NCBI GenBank assembly: GCA_038327765.1
Contig: JBBQLI010000003.1
Span: forward strand, 1-63,323
Length of the DNA stretch: 63,323 nucleotides
DNA from: Candidatus Limnocylindrales bacterium
GTDB taxonomy: Bacteria; Chloroflexota; Limnocylindria; Limnocylindrales; CSP1-4
Direction: 5' to 3'
Under the pieces are notes generated by a model. It was not told the origin of the DNA, ran no database searches, and was given only the letters and a program-made list of their open reading frames with translations. The translations under genes were made by a program, and so were the position numbers. The stretch's first letter is position 1; every line of letters starts with the position of its first letter. Positions 28,228 through 37,706 of the stretch are shown piece after piece.

Positions 28228-28818
28228 CTACAGCTTGCCCACCGCGATGGCGCCGAGCTTCGCCATGATGACCTTCGAGGTGTCATCCACCGGATCCAGC
28301 GACAGGACGAACGTTCGACCGCCGAGGTCCACCCACAGCGACTGCAGGCCGGAGGCCGGGTTCCAGTACGCGGCCTTGCCGCCGACGGTCAGTTCGTCGC
28401 CGCCGGCGAACGTGCCTTTGATCGTGTCGAGCGACGCGTCCTGGATCGCAGCGATCAGCTGGCCCTTGCCGTCGTTCACCTTCGCGCCGCCGACGCGCCA
28501 GGTGCACTGACCATAGTCGTCGGGCACGCCCTCGCCATAGGCAGCGCCCGTCTCGCTGGTGAGGACGGCCGCCGTGAAGAGCTTGCACAAGTCCGCGCCG
28601 GTCAGCGTCGACCCGGCGCTCGCCGGCGCGGAGGGGCTGGGAGCGGCGCTCGGGGATGCGCTGGCCGCGGAGCCATCACTGGCGGCCGCGGTGGACGCTG
28701 CGGGCGTCGCCGGCGTCGTGCTCGTGACGGCGCCAGTCGCGGGCGCGGCCGTGCCACTGCAGCCGACGAGCGCGAACAGGGCGATGGCCGCCAGGGCGGT
28801 CAGTCTCGGGGTGGGCAC
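28228..28818 (-). CDS. Secreted lipoprotein (DUF3558-like), function unknown
   Basis: The GTG at 28818 follows GAAAGG. Signal/lipobox: PTPRLTALAAIALFALVGC, then an Ala/Ser/Thr linker. The ORF-track start at 29031 is unlikely because there is no signal peptide there. Confidence 0.68.
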   Translation of the reverse strand: MPTPRLTALAAIALFALVGCSGTAAPATGAVTSTTPATPAASTAAASDGSAASASPSAAPSPSAPASAGSTLTGADLCKLFTAAVLTSETGAAYGEGVPDDYGQCTWRVGGAKVNDGKGQLIAAIQDASLDTIKGTFAGGDELTVGGKAAYWNPASGLQSLWVDLGGRTFVLSLDPVDDTSKVIMAKLGAIAVGKL

Positions 28819-28947
28819 GGACAACACCTTTCGGGTCGACCGGGCGGTGGGCTGTCCGGTCGGTTCGAGGACGCTGCTGGCGTCGTAGCCGCGAGGGTAG
28901 CAGCCGCCTGTCAGTCCATCGGCGTGCGGATGGGTGACTGAGGTCCC

Positions 28948-29346
28948 ATGGACGGTGTCGGTATGGGGGCTGATGCTCCGGGTATGCGCACTCCCGCACC
29001 CAAGGGATCGATGGCGCGTCCCGTCGTTCATGCGATCCCAACCCGCTTTGCCGCGATCCTTGCGATCGTCACTGCGGCCCAGCTTCTGGACCTCGCGACG
29101 TTCATCCCGGCCGTGGCACGTGTCGGGATCGGCGCGGAGAGCAACCCGCTCGCGCGCACGCTCTACCTGTCGGCCGGCCCGATCGGTCCGGCGGCGCTCA
29201 AGGCCGCCACCATCGCGATCCTGCTGCTAGCCCTCCTGCGCGTGGTCCGACGCTTCCCGAGCTACGCGATCCCATCCGGTGCGTTCATGGCGGGGATCGC
29301 CCTCTTCGGGGCCGCGTCGAACCTGCTGTTCGGGGTCTTCCGTTAG
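28948..29346 (+). CDS. Small membrane protein (3-4 TM helices), function unknown
   Basis: Hydrophobic helices: FAAILAIVTAAQLLDLATFI, AALKAATIAILLLALL, AFMAGIALFGAASNLLFGVF. Alternative starts at 28984 and 29011. The 3' end overlaps the convergent flp gene by 4 nt. Confidence 0.55.
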   Translation: MDGVGMGADAPGMRTPAPKGSMARPVVHAIPTRFAAILAIVTAAQLLDLATFIPAVARVGIGAESNPLARTLYLSAGPIGPAALKAATIAILLLALLRVVRRFPSYAIPSGAFMAGIALFGAASNLLFGVFR

Positions 29347-29507
29347 ATCGAGTCGCCCACCGTGCTCAGGATGGTGCTGACCTGGCCACCCAGGTACAGC
29401 AGGCTGAGGATGGCGACGATGGCGATCAGGGCGAGGATCAGCGCGTACTCGGCGAGGCCCTGGCCGTCGTCGTCGCGAAGCAGCAGCTTCGTCAGGATCT
29501 GAAGCAT
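29343..29507 (-). CDS. flp: Flp-family type IVb pilin
   Basis: 54 aa: MLQILTKLLLRDDDG/QGLAEYALILALIAIVAILSLLYLGGQVSTILSTVGDSI. This has the canonical Flp G/xxxxEY processing motif and hydrophobic core. AAGGA lies 9 nt upstream of the ATG at 29507. Confidence 0.8.
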   Translation of the reverse strand: MLQILTKLLLRDDDGQGLAEYALILALIAIVAILSLLYLGGQVSTILSTVGDSI

Positions 29508-29665
29508 GAGATAAGTCCTTCTGCCCGGCCTCGTGCCGTTCGATCGGACGATGATCGGCGCTCCCACAAGGCATGGGCCAGAAGTACTACCACACGCCAG
29601 TCGGAATACCTAGGCCCCGCGTGCCCGCACGCACCGCTTTGGGCCCGAAGGCCGGGGCTCCCTGA

Positions 29666-30838
29666 TCAGTGCCCGGTCCCACGACGGCGGTCGCTGACGC
29701 CATGCATGCGTGCGGTGAAGGTCGGCAGGCCGGGGCTGAGCGCCTCGCTGACGGGGTCGCGCACGTCGTCGTGCCAGCCGATCCGGACCACCCGCAGGTC
29801 GAACCGACGGGCAGTCGTCTGGACGATGCCACGCACGATCCCTCGGGCAGTCGTATAGCCCGCCCGCTGCACCAGCGAGATCAGGGTGGCATCGAATCCG
29901 CCGCCGACATAGGCCATCGAATCCGGCGCGACGCCCACGTGGGCCGCGATGATTCCGCGGACCCGGGTGATCTCGCTCCACATCACCGCGGACGAGGCTG
30001 GTGCGTGGCCACGGATGCCGGCCAGCTGGACGTGATGCACGTCGTGGGCGCCGATCCCGTTGCCGGCGCGGGCCAGCTGCACGACCTGGGGCCACGTGAT
30101 GGACCCCGAGCGGATGGCGTCGAGCGTCAGGTAGAACTCGGCGACCATCCCACGAGCCTGGAGCGCCGGCAGGACCGTCCGTGCCCATGAACTCGATCCG
30201 TCGTCGAACGTGAGGATCACGGGGCGGGCCGGCAGGGGCGTGCCGTGGTCCCAGTGCGCCGCAAGATCGCCCGGGAGGATCGTGCTGTAGCCGTGGCTCG
30301 CCAGCCAGTCCAACTGCGCGCTGAAGGCGGCCGGCAGGTCGTCGTAGGTCAGGAAGGCGCGCTGGCGCTGCTTCGTCCACGTCGCGAAGTCATGCGGGAC
30401 GGCCTGGACCCGATGGAAATACAGGATCGGGATGGCGCCGGATGGGATCCTGGGCAGCGTGGCGGCCGGGGTGCCGGGCGGCGCGGTCGGCGTCACGGTC
30501 GGCGGCGCAGTCGGCATCACGGTCGGCGGACCGGGGATGAGGCTCGGGATCGCGGCTGCGATGATCCGCGGCGATGCACTCGGCGAGGCGGGACGGGCGA
30601 CCGACCGGTGCTGGATGGGGATCGTCGCGGCGGCGCCGGCCTGGCCAGACGACGCACACCCGGCAACGCAGGCGACAACGGCGACGATGGCGAGCAGCCT
30701 GGTCGAGACGCACTGACGCGATCGGATCGTGGTGGCCTTCCTGTGGCAGGAGTCGCTCTTGTCGGGAGGGTTCAGCGCCTGACGACGCTCGGCACCCCTC
30801 GTGGGTTCGACGCTCGGCGCCACCGCCCTGCGACGCAT
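29666..30838 (-). CDS. Polysaccharide deacetylase (NodB/CE4-like) lipoprotein
   Basis: Lipobox VVACVAGC followed by a Pro/Thr linker. CE4-like motifs: VILTFDDGSSS and IGAHDVHHVQL. Confidence 0.82.
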   Translation of the reverse strand: MRRRAVAPSVEPTRGAERRQALNPPDKSDSCHRKATTIRSRQCVSTRLLAIVAVVACVAGCASSGQAGAAATIPIQHRSVARPASPSASPRIIAAAIPSLIPGPPTVMPTAPPTVTPTAPPGTPAATLPRIPSGAIPILYFHRVQAVPHDFATWTKQRQRAFLTYDDLPAAFSAQLDWLASHGYSTILPGDLAAHWDHGTPLPARPVILTFDDGSSSWARTVLPALQARGMVAEFYLTLDAIRSGSITWPQVVQLARAGNGIGAHDVHHVQLAGIRGHAPASSAVMWSEITRVRGIIAAHVGVAPDSMAYVGGGFDATLISLVQRAGYTTARGIVRGIVQTTARRFDLRVVRIGWHDDVRDPVSEALSPGLPTFTARMHGVSDRRRGTGH

Positions 30839-30936
30839 CCTGCGCGCCGCAGATCATCGGGGTATGTGCGGACGGTGCACGTCAGCACCGCACCACCCCG
30901 CTCTCGAGCACTCCAGGCGGGGATACCCTAGCGGCG

Positions 30937-31839
30937 ATGGCAGCCCCGGCGTTCACGACCTTGGGTATCCCGATCGACTCGGTGGGGTTGGGTCGTGCCG
31001 ATCGGCACGGCACCGAGCTCTCGCCAGGCGCATTGCGCGTGGCCGGACTCGGCCGGCTTGGCTGGGCCGACGCTGGCGACCTCGACGTCCGGATCCCGGA
31101 CCACGAGCGCGACCCGGTCACCGGTCTGATCGGCATCGACGGGGTCCTCTCGACCACCAGCGCGGTCCGGACCGCCACCTCCGATCTGATCGGGCGCGGC
31201 GAGCGACCGTTCTTGCTGGGTGGGTGCTGCACGCTGCTCAGCGGTGCGCTGGCCGGGGCGCGCGACGCCCTCGGCTCGGTGAGTCTCGTCTATGTCGACG
31301 GCCATCTCGACTTCTACGACGGTCGGACGTCGCCGACGGGTGAGGCCGCGGACATGCCGATCGCCGTCATCCTCGGTGATGGACCCTCGCCCTGGGTCGA
31401 CCGGGTCGCGCCGGTCCCGGTGACACCGGCGGCCGGCATCGCGATCCTCGGGTACCACGACCCCGAGGAACTGGCGGATCTCGCCGAGGCGCTGGCCAGG
31501 AACCGGGGCGCGGGCCTGTTCGATGCCGATGTGGGCGCCATCCGCCGGTCAGGACCGGCGGCGGTCGGTGCCGCCGCACTCGCGCACGTCCGCCGGACGT
31601 CGAACGACGTGTGGCTCCACATCGACCTCGATGTCCTCGACCAGGATGTCTTTCCGGCCACGGACTACCTGATGTCGGGCGGCCTCGGCTGGGATGAGCT
31701 CGTCGACATGCTCAGCCCGGTCGCGGCGTCCGAACAGCTCGTCGGCTGGTCGCTCTCTTGCTACAACCCCGAGAAGGATCCGGGTGGTACGGACGCGCTC
31801 GCCATCCTCAGCGCGATGGAGCGGCTGTTCCCCAGCTGA
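30937..31839 (+). CDS. Arginase/agmatinase/formiminoglutamase-family metallohydrolase
   Basis: Ureohydrolase motifs: VYVDGHLDFYD, LHIDLDVLD and SLSCYNPEKD. The ATG at 30937 is chosen as the first Met before the conserved core. Confidence 0.82.
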   Translation: MAAPAFTTLGIPIDSVGLGRADRHGTELSPGALRVAGLGRLGWADAGDLDVRIPDHERDPVTGLIGIDGVLSTTSAVRTATSDLIGRGERPFLLGGCCTLLSGALAGARDALGSVSLVYVDGHLDFYDGRTSPTGEAADMPIAVILGDGPSPWVDRVAPVPVTPAAGIAILGYHDPEELADLAEALARNRGAGLFDADVGAIRRSGPAAVGAAALAHVRRTSNDVWLHIDLDVLDQDVFPATDYLMSGGLGWDELVDMLSPVAASEQLVGWSLSCYNPEKDPGGTDALAILSAMERLFPS

Positions 31840-31848
31840 GCTCCCGGC

Positions 31849-32886
31849 TCAGCCGGGGTTGTCGATCGTGATCCAGTCGATCTGGATGTCCTCGCTCCCG
31901 GACGTTCCGGATGGGCACGAGGACTGGCACTCCTGCTGGAGCACGACCCGCTTGAACGTGTCGGGCAGCGTGCTCGAGGATCCGTTGTAGGTCCAGACCG
32001 GGGTATCCATGTTGTCGATATAGGCCTTGGCGACGTGGTTCAGTCGCTGGAACCGGATCGTGTGCCACTGCGAGAGGTCCACGCCGAGGCGGTGGTCGAT
32101 CTGCCTGTTGGACGACGAGTAGTGCAGGAACGTGTAGCAGCTACTGGTCGAATCGGACTCGCACCAGTCTTCCTCGCCGCCGCTCGGCCACGAGGTGGTG
32201 GTGGGCCAGCGCATCGGGATGATGAAATGGCTGGCCGCGCCACTGCGGACGACGCGGAACCGGACCGTGACGCGCTGGTCGACCCCGCCATACGCGTTGT
32301 TCACCATCAGGCCGCCCGAGTACCAGCCCGTGCCGCAGTGCGAGCTGTCGTGGCTGAGCTTGAGGTGGAGGATCCCGCCGCTGACGATATCGTGCGACGG
32401 GATGGCGCAGTTCTTCGGCCCCGAGCCGTACGGCCCGTTGTAGCGGAACCAGTGGTTGAGGTCGCTGCTGGAGCTGAAGTCGTCGTTCAGGATGTTCCGC
32501 CAGCCCGCCGTCGGCTTGGGCGTGGGATGCGGCGTCGGCTTGGGGGTCGGCTTGGGGGTCGGCTTGGGCGTGGGATGCGGCGTGGGCTTGGGGGTCGGCC
32601 GCGTGGTCGGATGCGGCGTCGGGCCTGCCACCGGGCGAGGCGTCGTCGCCGGCTTCGTCTTCACGCTTGACTTCACGTTCGACTGCGGCTTCTTGGTGGG
32701 CCTGGGTGTGTGCGACGGCCCGGGCAGCCCAGTCGCCGTCGACGGATCCGGTGGCGACGACGTCGGACTCGCCTGCAAGAGCGCGATCGGCTTCCCGGAG
32801 GGGTCGATGGGCGTGCGCGCGTTCATGCACCCGCTGAGGATCGTCGGGACCAACACCGCCAGGACGGCTGCTCGCTGCCAGCGCAT
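31849..32886 (-). CDS. Secreted GH16-like (concanavalin-fold glycan hydrolase) lipoprotein with a PTPKP linker
   Basis: Lipobox PTILSGC followed by a (PTPKP/PTPHP)n linker. GH16-like active-site context: [11 protein letters not shown] (ExDxxE). It is a paralogue of the adjacent gene. Confidence 0.7.
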   Translation of the reverse strand: MRWQRAAVLAVLVPTILSGCMNARTPIDPSGKPIALLQASPTSSPPDPSTATGLPGPSHTPRPTKKPQSNVKSSVKTKPATTPRPVAGPTPHPTTRPTPKPTPHPTPKPTPKPTPKPTPHPTPKPTAGWRNILNDDFSSSSDLNHWFRYNGPYGSGPKNCAIPSHDIVSGGILHLKLSHDSSHCGTGWYSGGLMVNNAYGGVDQRVTVRFRVVRSGAASHFIIPMRWPTTTSWPSGGEEDWCESDSTSSCYTFLHYSSSNRQIDHRLGVDLSQWHTIRFQRLNHVAKAYIDNMDTPVWTYNGSSSTLPDTFKRVVLQQECQSSCPSGTSGSEDIQIDWITIDNPG

Positions 32887-32889
32887 CGT

Positions 32890-33780
32890 CTACCTCCGAT
32901 CGTCGATCGTGAGCCAGGCGATCTGGATGTCTTCGGTGCCGCTCGTGCCTGACGGGCAGGAGGATTGGCACTCCTGCTGCAGGACCACACGCTTGAACGT
33001 GTCGGGCAGCGTCGCGGACGAACCGCGATAGACCCAGACGGGCCTCGTCATGTTGTCGACGAAGACCTTGACCACGTGGCTATAGCGCTGGACACGGATC
33101 GTGTGCCACGCCGCAAGGTTGTAGGCGTGCGCCTTGTAGACCTGCTTGTTCGACGATCCGTAATGGAGGAACGAGTAGCAGTTGCGGAGCGTGTCGGTCT
33201 CGCAGTAGTCCTCCTCGCCGCCCTTCGGCCAGGACGTCGTGGTGGGCCAGCGCATCGGGATGATGAAGTGGCTCGCCGCTCCGTGGCGGACCACCCGGAA
33301 GCGGATCGTGATCCGCTGATCGACGGCACCGTACTTCGGGCCGATCATCACACCGCCCGTGTACCAGCCAGCGCCGCAGCGACCGCTGGAGCGGTAGCGC
33401 ATCACCAGATGGAGCGAACCGCCGCTCGCGTACACATTCGCGGGCGAGGCGCAGTTGTGCGGCCCCGACCCATACGGACCGTCATAGCGCCCCCAATGAC
33501 CGGGGACCACGTTGCTGTTGAAATTGTCGGCGATCACGCGACGCCAGACCGATGGGCGCTTCCTGACGGCCGCAGTCGAGCTGCTGGTGGGATGCGCGAC
33601 CACGAGGCTCGTCATGGTGGTCCGGCCGATCGCCGCGCCGACCGGTGCGCCGCCGACGATCGCGCTGATGGACCGGGCGACCACAGGACCTGGGTCGCTC
33701 GCCATCGCCGGGAACGGGCTCGTCAAGACGGCCGCAACGACGGCCAGGAGGGTGGCCGCGAACTTCCATCGCATGGGCAT
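32890..33780 (-). CDS. Secreted GH16-like protein, tandem paralogue
   Basis: Signal peptide MPMRWKFAATLLAVVAAVLTSPFPAMA. WPKGGEEDYCE motif. The C-terminus [27 protein letters not shown] is nearly identical to that of the neighbour. Confidence 0.7.
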   Translation of the reverse strand: MPMRWKFAATLLAVVAAVLTSPFPAMASDPGPVVARSISAIVGGAPVGAAIGRTTMTSLVVAHPTSSSTAAVRKRPSVWRRVIADNFNSNVVPGHWGRYDGPYGSGPHNCASPANVYASGGSLHLVMRYRSSGRCGAGWYTGGVMIGPKYGAVDQRITIRFRVVRHGAASHFIIPMRWPTTTSWPKGGEEDYCETDTLRNCYSFLHYGSSNKQVYKAHAYNLAAWHTIRVQRYSHVVKVFVDNMTRPVWVYRGSSATLPDTFKRVVLQQECQSSCPSGTSGTEDIQIAWLTIDDRR

Positions 33781-34256
33781 CTCCTTTCAGGGAGGAGCCA
33801 TGGACCCATTGAGACCTGACGGATGCCGGATCCCGAGACCATCGCGTGCGGGCGGACCCGCGGTGTGCTGGGATATCGATCGTGGCGGAACGACCACCGG
33901 GCGACCATGGCCCGGAGGTCTTGGGGGAAGCCGGGAATGAGTCCCGGGTCCGACACGAACGAGGTGCGCCCGGACAGGACCCTGAGGCGGACGAGGTATG
34001 CCCGATCCGGGGTCGCGAGCCGCGCGCTCTGACGGCGCCATGGTCGCATACGAAGGACAGAACGGTGCGGTCTGGTGTGCTTCGGGAGGGTTGCGATGCG
34101 GTAGCGTCGGGCCTGTTTATCCACATTCCGACTGGTTCCGTTGACGCCGCGCACCACCGGTCCGACGCACCAAGGTACGGGCGCCGTCGGGACGAGCGAG
34201 GCAATGACCCCGGCGACACCAGCAGCGACCATACCCAGACGCTGGAGGATCCCGTC

Positions 34257-35891
34257 ATCCGTCGCTTCGTCGATCGTGCGCTGTTGGCGCTGCTGGCCAC
34301 CGGGCTCCTGCTCGTCCCGGCAGCCCCGGTCCGCGCCGCGGACCCGCTCCCCGCCGTGCCCGCCGCATGGCCGTCCGACCACCTCGCTCTCGGTCTGGCC
34401 GACGCGCCCGGGGGAGCCGCGGCGCTGGCGTCCTCAGGCGCGTTCACCTTCCGCTACCAGTACCTGGCCGGCGGCGTGAACACGGGCAATGGCTGGTCGA
34501 CGTGGAATGCGAACGGCCAATTCGTCTCGTCCTACATCGCGGATTCGGCGGCCCACGGGCTCACGCCGGTCTTCCCCTATTACATGCTGCTGCAGTCGAC
34601 CCCTTCGGCTGGTGCGTCGGAGGCGACGCGAGACCTCTCGAACCTCCGGAACACCGCGACGATGGCGGCCTGGTATGCCGACCTGAAGCTGTTCTTCCAG
34701 CGCGCAGCGGGCAGCACGACGGTGGTCCTCCACGTGGAGCCCGACCTGTGGGGCTACATCGAGCAGGCGGCCGGGAGCGGCAACGACGCGGGTTCGATCG
34801 CGGCGTCCGTGGCGAGCTCCGGCGTGGCAGCCCTGGCGGGCCTGCCGGACACTGCGGCCGGGTTCGCGCGCGCCATCGTGCGACTGCGTGACCAGAACGC
34901 CCCCAATGTCCTCCTCGCCTACCACCTGTCCGGCTGGGGGACCAACGTTGACATCGGCCTGGCGAACACACCCGATCCTCAGGTCGACGCGCTGGCGGCG
35001 CGGGCCGCGGCGTTCTACGCGTCACTGGGCGCCGGCTTCGATCTCACCTTCACGGACATCGCTGATCGCGATGCGGCCTTCAAGCAGGCGATCTACGGCG
35101 ATGGCGGCGCTTCGTGGTGGGACGACGCGGATTTCGTCCGCTACGCGCGTTTCATCAAGGGCTACGTCGCGGCCAGCGCTCAGCGTGTGGTGGTGTGGCA
35201 GGTCCCCCTCGGCAACACGAAGATGCGGGCCATGGACGACACCTGGGGTCACTACCAGGACGACCGGGTCCAATGGTTCCTCGACGATCCGGGCGGCACG
35301 CACCTTGCGCTGTGGCGCGACGCCGGTGTGATCGCCCTGTTGTTCGGTGGCGGTGCCGGCGGCACGACGTGCGCCTGCGACGCGATCGGTGATGGCATCA
35401 CGGACCCTCCCGCGATCAACGGGAATAGCCAGGCGTCCCTGTCCGCCGATGACGACGGCGGATTCTTCCGCGACCGCGCCGCCGCCTATCACGATGGCGG
35501 CGGCCTGGATCTCGGTGGTGGCGCGCCACCGCCCTACACCCCGCCCCCGACGGTGGCCCCGTTGTCCTGGGCGCGCTCCGCGACGGTCACGCCAGCGTCC
35601 ACGTCGCGCCGCCACACGGTGACGATCAAGGCGCACATCCGGGCATCGAAGACGACCAGGGCGATCGCCGATATCCGCGTCTACGACCGGAACGGGACAC
35701 GCGTCCTGTGGAAGCGCTACCCGGCGTCCACGTTCAGGGCCGGAGTGAGCCGGCTGTTCCGGCCGACGCTGGCGATCGGCACCGGCCGCCGACTGGGCAG
35801 GTACAAGGTGGTCATCCGCATCTACAGCGCGGATGGCAGGCGTCTGCTCTCGATCATGAACCCGGCTACCTGGTTCCACGTCACGAGCTGA
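34257..35891 (+). CDS. Secreted hypothetical protein (possible glycan-active enzyme), probable non-canonical ATC start
   Basis: A clear signal peptide (I)[29 protein letters not shown] has no in-frame ATG/GTG/TTG within ~180 nt upstream (the nearest, a GTG near 34077, is far upstream). An ATC at 34257 lies 7 nt after a perfect GGAGGA (34244-34249). The catalytic family is not recognisable by eye. Confidence 0.6.
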   Translation: MRRFVDRALLALLATGLLLVPAAPVRAADPLPAVPAAWPSDHLALGLADAPGGAAALASSGAFTFRYQYLAGGVNTGNGWSTWNANGQFVSSYIADSAAHGLTPVFPYYMLLQSTPSAGASEATRDLSNLRNTATMAAWYADLKLFFQRAAGSTTVVLHVEPDLWGYIEQAAGSGNDAGSIAASVASSGVAALAGLPDTAAGFARAIVRLRDQNAPNVLLAYHLSGWGTNVDIGLANTPDPQVDALAARAAAFYASLGAGFDLTFTDIADRDAAFKQAIYGDGGASWWDDADFVRYARFIKGYVAASAQRVVVWQVPLGNTKMRAMDDTWGHYQDDRVQWFLDDPGGTHLALWRDAGVIALLFGGGAGGTTCACDAIGDGITDPPAINGNSQASLSADDDGGFFRDRAAAYHDGGGLDLGGGAPPPYTPPPTVAPLSWARSATVTPASTSRRHTVTIKAHIRASKTTRAIADIRVYDRNGTRVLWKRYPASTFRAGVSRLFRPTLAIGTGRRLGRYKVVIRIYSADGRRLLSIMNPATWFHVTS

Positions 35892-35992
35892 GCCAGCGCC
35901 CGAAACGCGGGACCGGGGAAGATGTCCCGGCCCCACGTGATGAGGCGCGACAGCCCGTCGGCCCCGGGGCCGCGCTGCTAGCATCGCCCGAC

Positions 35993-37654
35993 ATGAGCGA
36001 CCCCCGATACGACACCATCGTCGTCGGCGGCGGTTCGGCCGGATCCGCCCTCGCCAACCGCCTTTCGGCAGTGCCATCGAACCGGGTCCTGGTCCTGGAA
36101 GCCGGTCGATCAGACTGGCGCCTCGACCCGTTCATCCACATGCCGGCCGCGCTGACCTTCCCGATCGGCAGCCGCTTCTATGACTGGAAATACGAATCCG
36201 AGCCCGAGCCGTTCATGAACGACCGGCGCATCTACCACGCACGCGGCAAGGTCCTGGGCGGATCATCCAGCATCAACGGGCAGATCTTCCAGCGCGGCAA
36301 TCCGCTTGACTACGAGCGCTGGGCCGCCGATCCCGGGATGGCGTCGTGGGACTACGCGCATTGCCTGCCGTACTTCAAGAAGATGGAGACGTGTCTCGCC
36401 GCAGCCGCGGATGACCCGTGGCGCGGCCACTCGGGTCCGCTCGTCCTCGAACGCGGCCCGGCGACGAACCCGCTCTTTCGCGCATTCTTCGCCGCGGCCC
36501 AGCAGGCCGGCTACCACCTGACCGACGACGTGAACGGCTACCGTCAGGAGGGCTTCGCGCCGTTCGACCGGAACATCCATCGTGGTCGGAGGTTGAGCGC
36601 GGCCCGTGCGTACCTCCACCCGGTGATGGGGCGCCAGAATCTGACGGTGCGGACCCGGACGTTCGTCACGGGGATCGTGTTCGAGGGTGGCCGGGCGGTC
36701 GGCGTGGAGGTCGCGAAGGGTCGCGGCGCTGTGGAGCGGATCCTGGCCGGCGAGGTGATCCTGGCCGGCGGCGCGATCAACTCCCCGCAGCTGCTGCAAC
36801 TCTCCGGGGTCGGAAAGGCCGCGGACCTGCGGGCCCTTGGCATCCCCGTTGTGCGCGATCTGCCCGGCGTCGGCGATCACCTGCAGGACCACCTCGAGGT
36901 CTATATCCAGTACAAGAGCCTGCAGCCGGTCTCGATGCAGCCGACCGCGGTGCAGAAATGGCGACGGCCGTTCATCGGTGCGCAATGGTTGTTCCTGCGC
37001 AGCGGCCCCGGCGCGACGAACCATTTCGAAGGCGGCGGGTTCGCCCGCAGCAACGATGACGTCGCCTACCCGAACCTCATGTTCCACTTCCTGCCGCTGG
37101 CCATCCGGTATGACGGCACCGCTGGCGCCCCAGGGCATGGCTACCAGGTGCACATCGGGCCGATGTATTCCGACTCGCGCGGGTCGATCCGCCTGACCAG
37201 CACCGATCCTCGGATCCACCCTGCGCTGCGCTTCAACTACCTCTCGACCGACCAGGACCGGCGCGAATGGGTGGAGGCGATCAGGGTTGCGCGGACCATC
37301 CTGGGCCAGGCGGCGTTCGGGCCGTACAACGGCGGCGAAACCTCCCCGGGCCTGTCGGTCGAGACCGATGAGGAGATCCTCGATTGGGTGCGGCGAGACG
37401 CCGAGACCGCGCTCCATCCGTCGTGCACGGCCCGGATGGGGATCGACGACGGCTCCGTCATCGATCCGTTGACGATGCGTGTCCACGGGCTGGACGGGCT
37501 TCGCGTGGTGGATGCCTCCGCGATGCCCTACGTCACGAACGGCAACATCTACGCGCCCGTCATGATGCTCGCCGAGAAGGCCGCCGACCTGATCCTCGGG
37601 AACACGCCGCTCCCCGCGGAGTCCATCCCGTTCTACCGGCACCAGCCGGGCTGA
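35993..37654 (+). CDS. GMC-family FAD oxidoreductase (choline dehydrogenase-like)
   Basis: N-terminus [20 protein letters not shown] (FAD GxGxxG). GMC signatures: [18 protein letters not shown] and [16 protein letters not shown]-terminal HPSCTARMG active-site region. Confidence 0.9.
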   Translation: MSDPRYDTIVVGGGSAGSALANRLSAVPSNRVLVLEAGRSDWRLDPFIHMPAALTFPIGSRFYDWKYESEPEPFMNDRRIYHARGKVLGGSSSINGQIFQRGNPLDYERWAADPGMASWDYAHCLPYFKKMETCLAAAADDPWRGHSGPLVLERGPATNPLFRAFFAAAQQAGYHLTDDVNGYRQEGFAPFDRNIHRGRRLSAARAYLHPVMGRQNLTVRTRTFVTGIVFEGGRAVGVEVAKGRGAVERILAGEVILAGGAINSPQLLQLSGVGKAADLRALGIPVVRDLPGVGDHLQDHLEVYIQYKSLQPVSMQPTAVQKWRRPFIGAQWLFLRSGPGATNHFEGGGFARSNDDVAYPNLMFHFLPLAIRYDGTAGAPGHGYQVHIGPMYSDSRGSIRLTSTDPRIHPALRFNYLSTDQDRREWVEAIRVARTILGQAAFGPYNGGETSPGLSVETDEEILDWVRRDAETALHPSCTARMGIDDGSVIDPLTMRVHGLDGLRVVDASAMPYVTNGNIYAPVMMLAEKAADLILGNTPLPAESIPFYRHQPG

Positions 37655-37706
37655 GCGGGGTTCGAGGGCACTCAGGCCCGGCGACCCCGGCGCGCATGGT
37701 GGCAGC

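Noticed and set aside
32507-32625. Tandem DNA repeats (ggcttgggggtc-type). Similar repeats occur at 2250-2295 and 15578-15649. Considered as a CRISPR or VNTR element.
   Set aside because: The units are 12-18 bp with no unique spacers, and they lie inside coding sequence. They encode Pro/Thr/Lys linkers (PTPKP, PTPTP, TARPTP/TASPKP).
33920-34020. Fragments resembling the c-di-AMP (ydaO) riboswitch (GGGGGAAGCC, GGGAAUGAGUCC, CCGGGUCCGACA) upstream of secreted hydrolase-like genes
   Set aside because: Only short, compressed matches are present. The conserved ...CAGCUAACCUCGUAAGCG tail and the pseudo-twofold helices are absent. This cannot be supported without a covariance-model search (Rfam RF00379), which would settle it.
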